From contig JBAZUR010000001.1 in the NCBI GenBank assembly GCA_041661305.1, positions 33,591 through 97,590 of the forward strand: a stretch of DNA of 64,000 nt. Direction: 5' to 3'. Shown one piece after another: positions 1-10,678 of the stretch. Positions within the stretch are counted from its first letter, which is position 1, and each line of letters opens with the position of its first letter. Below the pieces are notes generated by a model, which worked only from the letters and a program-made list of their open reading frames with translations, ran no database searches and was not told the origin of the DNA. Position numbers and translations under genes: made by a program. Source of the DNA: Minisyncoccota bacterium (GTDB taxonomy: Bacteria; Patescibacteriota; Minisyncoccia; Phycocordibacterales; VMEP01).

Positions 1-749
1 CGGACTAAATATTCTCCCCAATTTATTTCTGGGGCAATTTTGTTGAGTTGTGGCAAGGTTTTTTTATTGTAGATTTTTTCGACTTCGTGAATATCCTCTT
101 TTGTCATTGAGTGTTTTGCGAGACGGTGTTCAATTTTGTAAACTATCTCGGACATTTCGCCGTGAATTTGTTTTTTAGCGCCGGATAATTTAAAGATTGC
201 CGATATGTGGGGACGGTAAGCATCGCGGACACGCAACGACTCCTTGTCGTTTTTAAGATAGTAATCTCGATCCGGCATACCCAATCCTCCTTGATAAAAA
301 TAAAGAATGTTCTTATTACTATCCTTCATGTCTTGGTCTACGTCGCAACCCCACAGAACGTTGATGCCAATAACGTGAAATTCTGTGATACAAGAAAGGA
401 GATCGTCAGTATTTTTAATATCGTCAATCAGATTTAAGTAATTGGCGATTGGTTTAATGCCGAGGCGTGTACGCTCTTTTGTGTTTATCCCAGAACGATA
501 GAGGTCTCGAATCATTTGCTCAGGTGTATTTGCCGAAAAATGCTGTTTACTGTCTAGTTTTTTAAGAAGAAGTTTAAGCTTTTTTTCAGTTTCGTATCGT
601 AGGATAGTGAAAGAGCCCCAGCGTGATTCTGTTGCTGGGATTGGATTTTTCTTGAGCCAACCACCACCCGCGTAGTGATAGAAATCGTCTTGTGGGCGCA
701 CGTTTCTGTCCATGTCTCGCACATCAAATCCCCAGTTTTTATTGGTCAT
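1..749 (-). CDS. M13 family metallopeptidase (PepO/neprilysin-like), N-terminal part; runs off the window start
   Basis: Manual translation gives MTNKNWGFDVRDMDRNVRPQDDFYHYAGGGWLKKNPIPATESRWGSF, the typical M13 N-terminus (PxDDFYxYxxGxW). Alternative ATG at 764. Confidence 0.85.
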   Translation of the reverse strand, partial: MTNKNWGFDVRDMDRNVRPQDDFYHYAGGGWLKKNPIPATESRWGSFTILRYETEKKLKLLLKKLDSKQHFSANTPEQMIRDLYRSGINTKERTRLGIKPIANYLNLIDDIKNTDDLLSCITEFHVIGINVLWGCDVDQDMKDSNKNILYFYQGGLGMPDRDYYLKNDKESLRVRDAYRPHISAIFKLSGAKKQIHGEMSEIVYKIEHRLAKHSMTKEDIHEVEKIYNKKTLPQLNKIAPEINWGEYLV

Positions 750-817
750 TTGCGAATAGTACATGAATTTTTTATCTCATGCTATATTTTCATTCTAGTT
801 TAATTGCTCAGAAATTC

Positions 818-1672
818 ATGAAAAAATCCCTAAAAAATTCAAAAAAAAATATTTTTCTGTTTTATCGAGAAGAGAACGAGAGGGCTGTTAATTGTGCAAA
901 AAAGATTAAAAAATGGCTTGATTCTAAAAATATTTCTACAACAGAGGAAATTCTTAACGCCGAGGCAATCATCGTTCTTGGTGGCGATGGGACAATCTTA
1001 GAGGCGGCGCGAATGGTAAAACGAAAAAATGCAATTATTATCGGTCTTAATCTTGGCAATGTTGGTTTCTTGGCCTCGGTTCGTGAAGAGAAATATTTTT
1101 TTACCGCACTGGAAAAGTTTTTCAATGGAGATTACAAGGCTGTTAAGAGAACAACGCTTTTAACGGAAGTCATAAGAAACGGGGAAAAGGTGTTTTCGGC
1201 GTCTGCTGTAAATGAAGTGTTGGTGCACAATTTGCTCGGGGTTGTAGAGCTCGAAGTCGGAATCGGTGGTTACGGAATACAGTCGGTTAGAGGAAGTGGT
1301 ATTTTGGTTTCGACGGCTACAGGTTCGACTGCCTACAACCTCTCTGCTCATGGCCCGATCATTTCTCCAGATATTCAATGTCTCGTTATTACTGAATTGT
1401 TGGATCATGGCTTACCAACGCCTAGTATTGTTATAAAGCCAGAACATAGTGTAGAGATTGTTGTAGGTGAGTTTAGAGAGCATCATCTTTTGGCGAGCCA
1501 GAACGGACGGGAGTCAATTGACGTTTTACTACAAGCCGATGGCGATACGACGTTCCCATTGAGGAAAAAAGATAAGATTATTATTTCTGGTTCACCACAG
1601 TTGGTAACTTTTGCGGAGCTAGAGGATAATTATTTTTTCAAAAGTCTTCGGGAGAAATTTTCATTTAGATAA
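818..1672 (+). CDS. nadK: NAD(+) kinase
   Basis: Motifs GGDGT, GxVGFL, NE and STATGSTAYNLSAHGP. The ORF track starts at 779. Confidence 0.93.
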   Translation: MKKSLKNSKKNIFLFYREENERAVNCAKKIKKWLDSKNISTTEEILNAEAIIVLGGDGTILEAARMVKRKNAIIIGLNLGNVGFLASVREEKYFFTALEKFFNGDYKAVKRTTLLTEVIRNGEKVFSASAVNEVLVHNLLGVVELEVGIGGYGIQSVRGSGILVSTATGSTAYNLSAHGPIISPDIQCLVITELLDHGLPTPSIVIKPEHSVEIVVGEFREHHLLASQNGRESIDVLLQADGDTTFPLRKKDKIIISGSPQLVTFAELEDNYFFKSLREKFSFR

Positions 1673-1742
1673 TTTTAGCAAGATTTGTTCTGGGTAAATA
1701 GTTTTTTGGTGGTGATATAATGAGTTCATCTTAATTAATAAA

Positions 1743-2966
1743 ATGAAAGGAAAAATCACAAACACAATTATTAAGGGTACCCTCGTGGCTTTTGTTGTGC
1801 TTCTGCCCTTTATTGGTTATGGGGCAACAACCACGACAACTAAACCGAGTATAAAAATAGCACCACCACTTAAAAGTACACTTGAGGTTTCCGGTTGGAT
1901 TCCATACTGGAGAAAGGCGACTGGGACCGCGGATGCTTTGGTTCACCTCGATACTTTTACAGAGTTAAATCCATTTGGATATACAATCAAAAATGACGGC
2001 ACCTTAAACGATACAGCCAAGATGGACGAAGAGCCTTGGCTTACCTTAATAAAAGAAGCGAAGAAGAAAAAAGTTCGTATTATTCCAACTGTTATGACAA
2101 GCAACGGAGAGATGTTGCATCGTATTTTGTCTAATCAAAAAACTAGAATTGCCCTAGAGGATGAAATTGCCGCCCTAGTTAAAGAAAAAGGTTTTGATGG
2201 TATTGATATTGATTTTGAGGGTAAGAAAGCAGAAACAAAACCATATTTTTCTACTTTCTTAAAAGGGCTTTATCAGCGTATGGGAAACAAGTGGGTGATG
2301 TGTACTATTGAAGCACGTACACCGCTTGATTCTAGGTACGACAATATTCCGAAGGATATTAGATATGCGAATGATTTTGTGGCGATAAATAAATATTGTG
2401 ACCGCGTGCGCTTTATGACATATGACCAAGGGACAATAGATATTGTTTTAAATCGTGCCCGCACAGCACCATATATACCAGTGGCAGATCCTGCTTGGGT
2501 AGAAAAATCAATAAGGCTTGCGATGAAAGATATTTCTAAACGGAAAATATCAATAGGCATTGCTACTTATGGTTATGAATATAAGGTGACAAAGTTATCA
2601 GAATACGGATATCGTTATGATTTACAGTGGGCATTTAACCCCAGGTACGCAACCGACCTTGCTCTCTCTCTTAATATAACTCCCCAACGAAATTCTTCCG
2701 GCGAAATAGGTTTTATGTATACTCCGGTAGAAACAGTACCTCCTACACAACCAAGTAATAACCCAGATCAGAATATAAAAACCTCAACAGTCGCTGAAAA
2801 CTTATCAACAAGCAATGTTTCAAATTTTACAAATATTGTGTGGTGGAGCGATGCAAAAGCAATTAAAGATAAAGTCGATCTTGCGAAAAAACTTGGTGTG
2901 CGTGGAGTCTCGATATTTAAGATTGATGGTGGAGAAGACCCAGCTATGTGGGATGTGCTGAAATAA
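1743..2966 (+). CDS. Secreted glycoside hydrolase family 18 protein
   Basis: N-terminal signal/TM segment; catalytic FDGIDIDFE and MTYD motifs. Confidence 0.88.
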   Translation: MKGKITNTIIKGTLVAFVVLLPFIGYGATTTTTKPSIKIAPPLKSTLEVSGWIPYWRKATGTADALVHLDTFTELNPFGYTIKNDGTLNDTAKMDEEPWLTLIKEAKKKKVRIIPTVMTSNGEMLHRILSNQKTRIALEDEIAALVKEKGFDGIDIDFEGKKAETKPYFSTFLKGLYQRMGNKWVMCTIEARTPLDSRYDNIPKDIRYANDFVAINKYCDRVRFMTYDQGTIDIVLNRARTAPYIPVADPAWVEKSIRLAMKDISKRKISIGIATYGYEYKVTKLSEYGYRYDLQWAFNPRYATDLALSLNITPQRNSSGEIGFMYTPVETVPPTQPSNNPDQNIKTSTVAENLSTSNVSNFTNIVWWSDAKAIKDKVDLAKKLGVRGVSIFKIDGGEDPAMWDVLK

Positions 2967-2990
2967 AGACTCCTATATAATAGGCAGAAT

Positions 2991-3773
2991 ATGACTTTAA
3001 AACCCAAAAAAACATCATGGGGCGAGGTTGCTGACTGGTATCGAGAGCATCTTTCCGATGAAAATACTTATCACGAGAAAGTTATTTCCCCAAATATACT
3101 CCGACTTCTTGCTTTAAACAGCGGTGAAAAAGTTCTTGATGTTGCCTGCGGTGAGGGATATTTTTCAAGATTGTTTTTGAAAAATGGGGCGAAGGTTGTT
3201 GGCGCCGATATCGCCCGTGAGCTTATAGAAAAAGCAAAAAAACAGTCACCAGAAATTTCTTTTTTTATAGCGCCTGCCGGGAAAATGGAGTTTGCTGTGG
3301 CTTCGTCGTTTGATAAAGCAGTTTGCGTTCTTGCTCTGCAGAACATTGAGCATTTGGATGAAGCTCTTAAAGAAGTGGCGCGCGTTCTTAAGTCAGGCGG
3401 TAAATTTGTATTTGTTTTGAATCATCCGTGTTTTCGTATACCAAAGCGCTCTGAGTGGGGTTATGACGGACAAAAGAAAATACAATTTCGTCGACTAGAC
3501 GGCTATCTTAAGGAAGCGCGCATTAAAATTGACATGCACCCAGGAGAAACTGCCGCCGGAAAAAAATCAGCGGTGACGTACTCGTTTCACCGCCCACTTC
3601 AAGTTTATATGAAGGCGCTTTCAAAAAATGGATTTGTTGTTACTCAGATGGAGGAATGGGTATCTCATAGAAAAAGTGAAAAAGGTCCTAAAAGTGAAGC
3701 AGAAGATGAAGCTAGAAAAGAGTTTCCTCTTTTTCTCGCGGTTTCCGCGCAGAAATTACGCCAATCTTTATAA
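2991..3773 (+). CDS. Class I SAM-dependent methyltransferase
   Basis: VLDVACGEG motif I; LKSGGKFV. Confidence 0.88.
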   Translation: MTLKPKKTSWGEVADWYREHLSDENTYHEKVISPNILRLLALNSGEKVLDVACGEGYFSRLFLKNGAKVVGADIARELIEKAKKQSPEISFFIAPAGKMEFAVASSFDKAVCVLALQNIEHLDEALKEVARVLKSGGKFVFVLNHPCFRIPKRSEWGYDGQKKIQFRRLDGYLKEARIKIDMHPGETAAGKKSAVTYSFHRPLQVYMKALSKNGFVVTQMEEWVSHRKSEKGPKSEAEDEARKEFPLFLAVSAQKLRQSL

Positions 3774-3932
3774 ATTGTTGTAACGCAAATAATTCGATGA
3801 TAGTTTTTATTGAATAATAATTTTTAAAAAGTGGAAAAGTGGTTCGCAAAAATATTCACGAGGGTATAGTATTTAAATATAAGACGGCTACAGTCGCGTG
3901 GCGTCTTCAATATTATATATTTGCTTAAAATT

Positions 3933-4427
3933 ATGGAACTAACAAACAAGAAGAATATTATCATCGGTGTAGTTATTGTCGTTGCAGTTGGTTATTATTT
4001 ATTTCAAAGTCAAAAGGTAGTGGCCCCTGTGCAGAACGAAATACAATCAGGTGTTTCAACCAGTACGAATGAAACTGCTGGTAAAACAGGAACAACTAAA
4101 TCGGCTGTGACAAGCACAACAAAAACAGGGACTACCTTACCAGCCATGACAAAAGAGGGATATTATTTGATTAGTTATACGGATAAGGGCTTTGTTCCAA
4201 AAACTCTTGAAATTAAAGCTGGTAAGTCAGTTCGCTTTGTTAATAATGCAAGCAAGGCAATGAGAATTTTTGCTGATGACAAGACAAGCTCTCTTTATGG
4301 TGAAATGAATCAAAGCAAGACCGTTGGTCGTGGAGGAATCTATGATTTTACTTTTGTTTCTGCTGGCACATGGGCTTATCACAATGAGAATAATCCAGTT
4401 GATAAAGGGGTAGTGATCGTAAAATAG
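3933..4427 (+). CDS. Membrane-anchored cupredoxin-like domain protein
   Basis: TM anchor, Thr-rich linker, then GFVPKTLEIKAGKSVRFVN...GTWAYH. No Cys ligand. Confidence 0.65.
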   Translation: MELTNKKNIIIGVVIVVAVGYYLFQSQKVVAPVQNEIQSGVSTSTNETAGKTGTTKSAVTSTTKTGTTLPAMTKEGYYLISYTDKGFVPKTLEIKAGKSVRFVNNASKAMRIFADDKTSSLYGEMNQSKTVGRGGIYDFTFVSAGTWAYHNENNPVDKGVVIVK

Positions 4428-4453
4428 TTTTAGAAATAATAAACTCTTAAAAT

Positions 4454-4951
4454 ATGACCAAAGAAAAGGCGTGGGAACATTTACCGAGAATATTGTCGCT
4501 TGTCTTATTGATAGGGACTTTATTCGCATGGGTTACCGTGTTTACTGATTTCCAGAAATTTTACGGATACGAAGGAACTATATTCAAACTAGATAATTGC
4601 GTAATACCAAACCCAGTAGCAACTCCTTGTTTTTACGGAGCATTTGCGTTTATAGGAGCTTTTATTTGGTCACTTCGTATGGCCAAGATGAGCGAAGAAG
4701 AGAAAAGAAAGCATGAGAAATTCATGTCTTGGTTTTTATCTCTAGCAACTATTTTTGCATGGAGTAACTTTCTTCCAGATGCATTTAATTTTTACGCTAG
4801 TTCTGGTGGGCCAGTTCGTGGGTGTTCAGGACAGTTGATTACTAACCCATTTATAACGCCTTGTTTTATTGGCTCGGCGATTTTTTTGGTTGCTCTAATG
4901 ATTGGTCTTTTAATTTATTTTAAAAACAAAGAATCTATTTCGTCTTTGTAG
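4454..4951 (+). CDS. Four-TM membrane protein with duplicated C-x(4-6)-NP-xx-TPCF-x-G motif
   Basis: Hydrophobic segments; CVIPNPVATPCFYGA and CSGQLITNPFITPCFIGS. Confidence 0.7.
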   Translation: MTKEKAWEHLPRILSLVLLIGTLFAWVTVFTDFQKFYGYEGTIFKLDNCVIPNPVATPCFYGAFAFIGAFIWSLRMAKMSEEEKRKHEKFMSWFLSLATIFAWSNFLPDAFNFYASSGGPVRGCSGQLITNPFITPCFIGSAIFLVALMIGLLIYFKNKESISSL

Positions 4952-5035
4952 GAATTAAAAAAGTATTAATAGGGAAATAAGAGGCTATTTTGCGTGCTTT
5001 GATTTTATTCGTCTGTTACAATAGCGCGAATGAAT

Positions 5036-5155
5036 CCCGTTCGAAATTACGATGTTATGTTTTATTAACGAGGATAATTATTGGGAAAATTATTAATATA
5101 GATATTATTACTAAACGGGTATACAGAAGTGCCAGCACTTCTTATTTCTAACGGG
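5036..5155. mobile_element. 120-bp MITE-like element (ends CCCGTT.GAAAT / ATTTCTAACGGG)
   Basis: Terminal inverted repeats, subterminal hairpin agaagtgccagcacttct, and ATGAA on both flanks. A second copy of the family is at 35745-35864. Confidence 0.7.
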
Positions 5156-5947
5156 ATGAACGGCGAGCTTATTTCTTTTCAGAATCACAAAAGAGAAACT
5201 TTGCGTGGAATTTTTGAGCGGGCACCATCGAGTACTGGTGTGATTTTTGCTCATGGATTTGGAAGAACCTCGATGGAGCCAAAGTTTAAGAATATAACCA
5301 ACAAACTAGAAGGTAAGGTAAATCTATTTCGTTTTGATTTTTCTGGTTGCGGTTTGTCAGACGGGTCGTTCGAAGATATTACGGCGGACAAACTTTCAAA
5401 AGAGCTAGGAGCTGCTGTTTTAGCCTTTCGTGAGCGAGTGCCTCGTCTTAAAAGTATTCGGATAGTTTCCCATAGCTTTGCTTGTACCGCGACTATTATT
5501 TTATGCGCGAGAGAAAAAGATGTTTTTGATAGGGTTGTTTTTCTTGGGCCGGCTCTTAATATGGGTGAAATTTTAAAATATTCTTTTGTGAAGAGGCGTT
5601 ATCCTGGAGGAAAAATTTCTTGGGCAAATTACAAAAAGTTTTTTGACCAACGCGCTTTTAGTCGGGAAATGAAAAAAGATAGAATGATGACCTATTCTCA
5701 CGTTATTTCCAATCTTCACTACCTTGAAAATAAAGATAGAGATTATCGCGAATTGATGGGGATAATTCCTAAAGAAAAATTACTTATTGTGCAAGGTGAT
5801 AGCGATAGATCAATTCCACTCGAAAGTCAGGGTAATTCCCTAAAAAATTTTAAGACAATTTTAGTTAAAGGGGGAGATCACGATTTGGAAAGACCAGACA
5901 TTGTCGCAAAATATTTACCACAAACAGTCTCGTTTCTTCTTTCTTAA
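5156..5947 (+). CDS. Alpha/beta-fold hydrolase
   Basis: AHGFG, RFDFSGCGLSDG, nucleophile elbow SHSFA, QGDSD, GGDH. The longer start at 5129 lies inside the MITE. Confidence 0.85.
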   Translation: MNGELISFQNHKRETLRGIFERAPSSTGVIFAHGFGRTSMEPKFKNITNKLEGKVNLFRFDFSGCGLSDGSFEDITADKLSKELGAAVLAFRERVPRLKSIRIVSHSFACTATIILCAREKDVFDRVVFLGPALNMGEILKYSFVKRRYPGGKISWANYKKFFDQRAFSREMKKDRMMTYSHVISNLHYLENKDRDYRELMGIIPKEKLLIVQGDSDRSIPLESQGNSLKNFKTILVKGGDHDLERPDIVAKYLPQTVSFLLS

Positions 5948-6008
5948 TATTTAGTGTGAAAAAATTCCAGCTATTTAAATTTTAAAGATTTGTGTTATAG
6001 TATTTTGG

Positions 6009-6370
6009 CCTTGAACCGGACAGTCGCTCTAACTTTATTGTTGGGGAGGAAAGTCCGAACACTTACTGTCTAACCGTTCGGCGACAGTAGAAGGGTAGCG
6101 GGTAACGCCCGTCCGGAGCAATCCGAGAGGTGCGAGCAGTGACGTCGATGCCGAAAGGCTAGACCTCCCACGTGGAGGAATCCTATAGAAATATAGGGGT
6201 GAAACGGCTAAATCCTTACTTAAGTGCAAGGCCGTGCCATCTTTATGATGGAGTGCCGCTTGAGCCCGTAAGTAATTACGAGCCCAGATAAATGGCTGTC
6301 GCCCCGTGAGATAGGCGTCGAAAGACGCCGCCATCTCACGGGGTACAGAATTCGGCTTATAGGTTCAGGG
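6009..6370 (+). ncRNA. rnpB: RNase P RNA
   Basis: Conserved GAGGAAAGTCC (about 6047-6057) and ACAGAATTCGGCTTATAG near the 3' end; P1 pairing ccttgaacc/ggttcaggg. Confidence 0.95.
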
Positions 6371-6374
6371 TAAA

Positions 6375-6406
6375 CAAAAAAGACCATATTTTATGGTCTT
6401 TTTTGT
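6375..6406 (+). terminator. Intrinsic terminator after rnpB
   Basis: aaaaaagaccata-ttt-tatggtctttttt hairpin. Confidence 0.7.
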
Positions 6407-6504
6407 TGTCCACTTTTTAACACACAATTAAGATTGTGTGTTATTCCAAATTTCTTATATAATATTGAACACTTAATTAATAAATTTAAATAACTTTCAT
6501 TTTC

Positions 6505-8865
6505 ATGCAAGGAATAAAAAAATTGTTTTCATTGGAGGCATTACCGTTTGGATTATTGGTTGGTTTAGTTTTCTTATTACCAGTTTTTTTCTTGTCTGTA
6601 AGTGGGATTTCTCTTGATGTAAGTAAGAGTGTCCTCGCAGTTATCTTAATTGTTGCCGCGACAGCCTTGTGGCTAGTGGGGCGTATGGTGGATGGCAAGA
6701 TTGTTGTACCAAAAACACTTCTTGTTTTGTTCGCAGCATTACTTCCACTTGAATATTTAGTTTCAGCTGTTGCTTCAAAAGTTCCAGCGATGTCACTTTT
6801 TGGTCAAGGTTTTGAAGTCGGAACATTTGCATTCACTTTTGTGATGTTCCTTCTTTTGTTCTTGGCTTCTATTTTGGTTAATTCAAGAGACAAAGTGTTC
6901 ACAGTTTACGTGTCGGCAATGGCTTCTTTCTTGGTAGTAGCTATTTACCAAGGAATTCGTCTTTTTGCAGGAGCAGATGTCCTTACTTTAGGAGGAAACT
7001 TCTCTGGTGTAATCGCCAATACTGTTGGTAAATGGAACGATTTAGGGGCATTTTTTGGGATGATAGCTATTCTTTCCATGATAACCCTTGAAACATTACC
7101 TCTTAAGGGTTTTGTTAAGTACCTCACTTATTTGTCTCTTGCTGTCTCAGTATTTTTCTTGGCCGTTGTTAACTTCAGTTTTGCCTGGATTGCTCTCGCT
7201 GTAATCTCTCTTATGATTTTTGTTTTTGCGATTTACTTAAACAAAAGCGAAAACCCAACAAATGATCAAGAAGCTCCTTCTTTGATACCAAAGACAAAGG
7301 TTCCAGTAATTGCACTTGTTGTACTTCTAATTTCACTCTTTTATGTTTTTTCCGGAGATAAAATTGGTGGTTTCTTGCCAACACAGTTCAATGCTTCACA
7401 AGTAGAGGTTCGTCCATCCTGGAGTGCTACATATGACATCGTGAAGGGTTCTCTTTCTCAGAATCTTCTACTAGGAAGTGGTCCTAACCGTTTTTCATCA
7501 GAGTGGGCATTGCACCGACCAGCAGTTTTGAATGAAACAATTTTCTGGGCAACTGACTTTAACGCCGGGATTGGTTTGATTCCATCGTTCGCTGTCACAA
7601 CTGGACTTTTTGGTGTTTTGGCTTGGGTTTTATTCCTTGGATATTTCCTCTTCCGTGGGGTCAAGAGCATTCTCATGTTTGATATGGGACGTATGGCTCA
7701 GTATTCAATACTCTCGTCTTTCCTTTTGTCTGTGTATTTATGGCTCTTCGCAATGTTCTACGTTCCTAATGTTGTGATCTATGCCTTGGCATTCCTTATG
7801 ACAGGAGTTTTCATTGCCACCTTAATAAACGAGGGGATTGTTAAAACTTACCAAATCTCACTCCTTGGAAGTCCTAAAATTGGTTTTGTTTCTGTGCTTG
7901 CTTTAATTTCTCTAACGATTGCTTCGGCTGCACTTGGTTATGTTTTTGTTGAGAAAGCAATATCATCTATTAATTTCCAGAAGACTATTCAGGCTTTGAA
8001 TACTGATGGAGATTTTGACAAGGCTGAAGTTGGCTTGCTTAAAGCAGTTCAGTTTTCAGAGAACGATCTTTACTACAGATCACTTTCTCAGGTTTATTTG
8101 GTTAAGTTGAATAATTTATTCCAACAGCAAAACCTTACTGAAGCAGAGGCAAAATCACAATTTCAAGCTATTCTTGGAAATGCTATAGAAAATGCTCGTA
8201 AGGCTCGCGATTATGACGCAACAAACTACACGAACTGGATGAATCTAGCATCAGTTTACGAGTCTGTTGTTCAGCTCGGTGTTACTGGTGCTTACGACGA
8301 AGCAAAGAAAGCTTACGAGCAGGCTTCTGTTTTAAACCCACAAAGTCCGCTTGTATACCTCACACTTGCTCGTCTTGAGGTTGCAAACAAAGACAACAAG
8401 GCCGCTCGAGAAAACCTTAACAAAGCACTCGCTCTAAAGAGCAATTACACAGATGCGCTCTTCTTCCTTTCTCAGCTTGAAGCAGGAGAGGGAAATATAG
8501 CAGAAGCGATTTCAAGAGCAGATCAAGCTTCGTTATTGTCACCAAATGATGTCGGTTTGTTCTTCCAGTTGGGTTTGTTGAAATACACCAACAAAGACTA
8601 CAATGGTGCAATTCTTTCTTTGGAGCGCGCAGTACAGCTTAATGGGAATTATTCAAACGCAATGTACTTCCTTGGCTTAAGTTACGACAAGGTTGGAAGA
8701 AAGGCTGATGCTCTTGCTCAGTTTGAAAAAGTTGAAGCACTAAATCCAGACAACCAAGAGGTTAAGAACATTCTTGTTAACCTTAGAGATGGAAAGAGTG
8801 CGTTAACTGATGTTCCTCCACCATCCCCAGAAAAGAAGAGTAATCCTCCAGTAAAAGAAAATTAA
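6505..8865 (+). CDS. Polytopic membrane protein (O-antigen ligase/pilin glycosylation-like) with C-terminal TPR repeats
   Basis: About 12-13 TM helices, LLGSGP periplasmic-loop motif, multiple TPR repeats. Confidence 0.75.
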   Translation: MQGIKKLFSLEALPFGLLVGLVFLLPVFFLSVSGISLDVSKSVLAVILIVAATALWLVGRMVDGKIVVPKTLLVLFAALLPLEYLVSAVASKVPAMSLFGQGFEVGTFAFTFVMFLLLFLASILVNSRDKVFTVYVSAMASFLVVAIYQGIRLFAGADVLTLGGNFSGVIANTVGKWNDLGAFFGMIAILSMITLETLPLKGFVKYLTYLSLAVSVFFLAVVNFSFAWIALAVISLMIFVFAIYLNKSENPTNDQEAPSLIPKTKVPVIALVVLLISLFYVFSGDKIGGFLPTQFNASQVEVRPSWSATYDIVKGSLSQNLLLGSGPNRFSSEWALHRPAVLNETIFWATDFNAGIGLIPSFAVTTGLFGVLAWVLFLGYFLFRGVKSILMFDMGRMAQYSILSSFLLSVYLWLFAMFYVPNVVIYALAFLMTGVFIATLINEGIVKTYQISLLGSPKIGFVSVLALISLTIASAALGYVFVEKAISSINFQKTIQALNTDGDFDKAEVGLLKAVQFSENDLYYRSLSQVYLVKLNNLFQQQNLTEAEAKSQFQAILGNAIENARKARDYDATNYTNWMNLASVYESVVQLGVTGAYDEAKKAYEQASVLNPQSPLVYLTLARLEVANKDNKAARENLNKALALKSNYTDALFFLSQLEAGEGNIAEAISRADQASLLSPNDVGLFFQLGLLKYTNKDYNGAILSLERAVQLNGNYSNAMYFLGLSYDKVGRKADALAQFEKVEALNPDNQEVKNILVNLRDGKSALTDVPPPSPEKKSNPPVKEN

Positions 8866-8889
8866 TATCAGGTAATGATTCTTGTTTAA

Positions 8890-10569
8890 ATGGTTAAAAG
8901 AATCATAGACGCATTAAGTAAAGAAGTAAGCGGTCTACACGAGGCCGCTTTTCTTCTTGGGTTCTTTGCTGTGGCGTCACAAATCCTGGCTCTTTTGAGA
9001 GACCGTTTGTTCGCGAATTATTTTGGAGCAGGACCAACACTAGATGTTTATTACGCGGCATTCCGCATTCCAGATGCGTTGTATGTAGTTATTGCTTCGT
9101 TCGTGTCTGTGTCGGTCATCATTCCATTTCTTTCTCGGATGGAAGGGGACGAAACAAAAGCAAAGAGATTTGTTTCAGAGATATTCACCATTTTTTCTCT
9201 AGTGATGGTGTTTTCTAGTGTTGTTGTTTTTTTCTTAATTCCATACCTAGCGCCACTTATCGCCCCTGGTTTTTCAGAAGAACAAATAAATACACTTATA
9301 GTACTTTCCCGAATCCTGCTTTTGTCACCGTTTATTCTAGGACTTTCAAATAATATTTTTGGAAGTATCACCCAGTTCTACAAGAGGTTTTTTGTTTATG
9401 CTCTTGCTCCGGTTTTGTATAACGCGGGAATAATTGTCGGTGTTTTTCTTTTCTATCCGACATTTGGGATGAAAGGCCTGGCTTTTGGTGTTGTTTTTGG
9501 GGCCCTGCTACATGTTTTGGTTCAATTGCCGGTTGCTATCGAGCGTGGTTTTATGCCTCGTTTTGTTAAAGAAATGAACTGGAAAGACATTTCCCAGGTT
9601 GTTGTTGTTTCTTTGCCACGAACAATAACCCTTTCTGCAAACCATTTTGTTTTGATTGCTTTAGGTGCTTTGGCGTCGACTATGTATGTTGGGTCTATTT
9701 CAATCTTCAATTTCTCGTTTAACTTGCAATCAGTTCCATTGGCAACAATTGGGGTCGCATATTCAATGGCCGCCTTCCCGATGCTTGCGTCGTTTTTTAC
9801 TCGAGGTGAAAAAGAAAGATTTGTAGAGCACATGATAACCGCCTTAAGACACATAATTTTTTGGTCTGTACCAATTACAGTACTTTTTATTGTTTTACGA
9901 GCACAGATAGTGCGTACAATATTAGGCTCCGGTGCTTTTAGTTGGAATGATACCCGCCTTACAGCAGCGGCACTCGCTTTATTTTCCTTTTCGGTGCTAA
10001 CTCAAAGTTTGACAGTTCTTTTTTCAAGAGGGTATCATGCGGCCGGGGATACGAGGAAACCACTTTTTATTAATTTATTTTCCTCGGTCGGTGCTATCGG
10101 TGGAGCATTTTGGTTGGTGGTACTTTTTGAAAAAAATACTTTCTTTCAGTATTTTATAGAATCTATCTTGCGTGTTGATTATATTCCCGGGACGATTGTT
10201 TTGATGCTACCACTCGCTTATTCTATTGCTTCGATAATTAACGCTACGATGCATTGGTTTATGTTCGAAAAAGATTTTAACATTGACCTTTATCACATAA
10301 TAAGAAAAACGTTTTTTGAAAGCTTTTCCGCCTCAGTCATTATGGGTTTTGTCGCCTATAATTGTTTGAATTTTTTTGCTCTAATTTTAAACACCCAAAC
10401 TGCTGTTGGAATTTTTCTCCAAGGATTTTTGTCGGGAGGAATAGGGATTATTTTCGGTATTATTGTTTTAAAAATTTTAAAAAATAGTGAAATTAGAGAT
10501 ATTTCATTTGCGTTACATAAAAAGTTTTGGAAAGCGGATGTTGTTGCCCCGGCACAAGAAGAGCTATAG
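8890..10569 (+). CDS. murJ: Lipid II flippase MurJ (MviN)
   Basis: LALLRD...FGAG...DVYYAAFRIPD motif; multi-TM MOP family. Confidence 0.9.
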   Translation: MVKRIIDALSKEVSGLHEAAFLLGFFAVASQILALLRDRLFANYFGAGPTLDVYYAAFRIPDALYVVIASFVSVSVIIPFLSRMEGDETKAKRFVSEIFTIFSLVMVFSSVVVFFLIPYLAPLIAPGFSEEQINTLIVLSRILLLSPFILGLSNNIFGSITQFYKRFFVYALAPVLYNAGIIVGVFLFYPTFGMKGLAFGVVFGALLHVLVQLPVAIERGFMPRFVKEMNWKDISQVVVVSLPRTITLSANHFVLIALGALASTMYVGSISIFNFSFNLQSVPLATIGVAYSMAAFPMLASFFTRGEKERFVEHMITALRHIIFWSVPITVLFIVLRAQIVRTILGSGAFSWNDTRLTAAALALFSFSVLTQSLTVLFSRGYHAAGDTRKPLFINLFSSVGAIGGAFWLVVLFEKNTFFQYFIESILRVDYIPGTIVLMLPLAYSIASIINATMHWFMFEKDFNIDLYHIIRKTFFESFSASVIMGFVAYNCLNFFALILNTQTAVGIFLQGFLSGGIGIIFGIIVLKILKNSEIRDISFALHKKFWKADVVAPAQEEL

Positions 10570-10678
10570 GTATAGAAAGTTAGCTTTTAGGTAGTTAGCC
10601 TCGTTAGGGGAGAAGAGAAAAACTGTTATTTATATAAGGGGCAGGGTTCAAAATTTATGCTAAAATACGGCTCAATTT

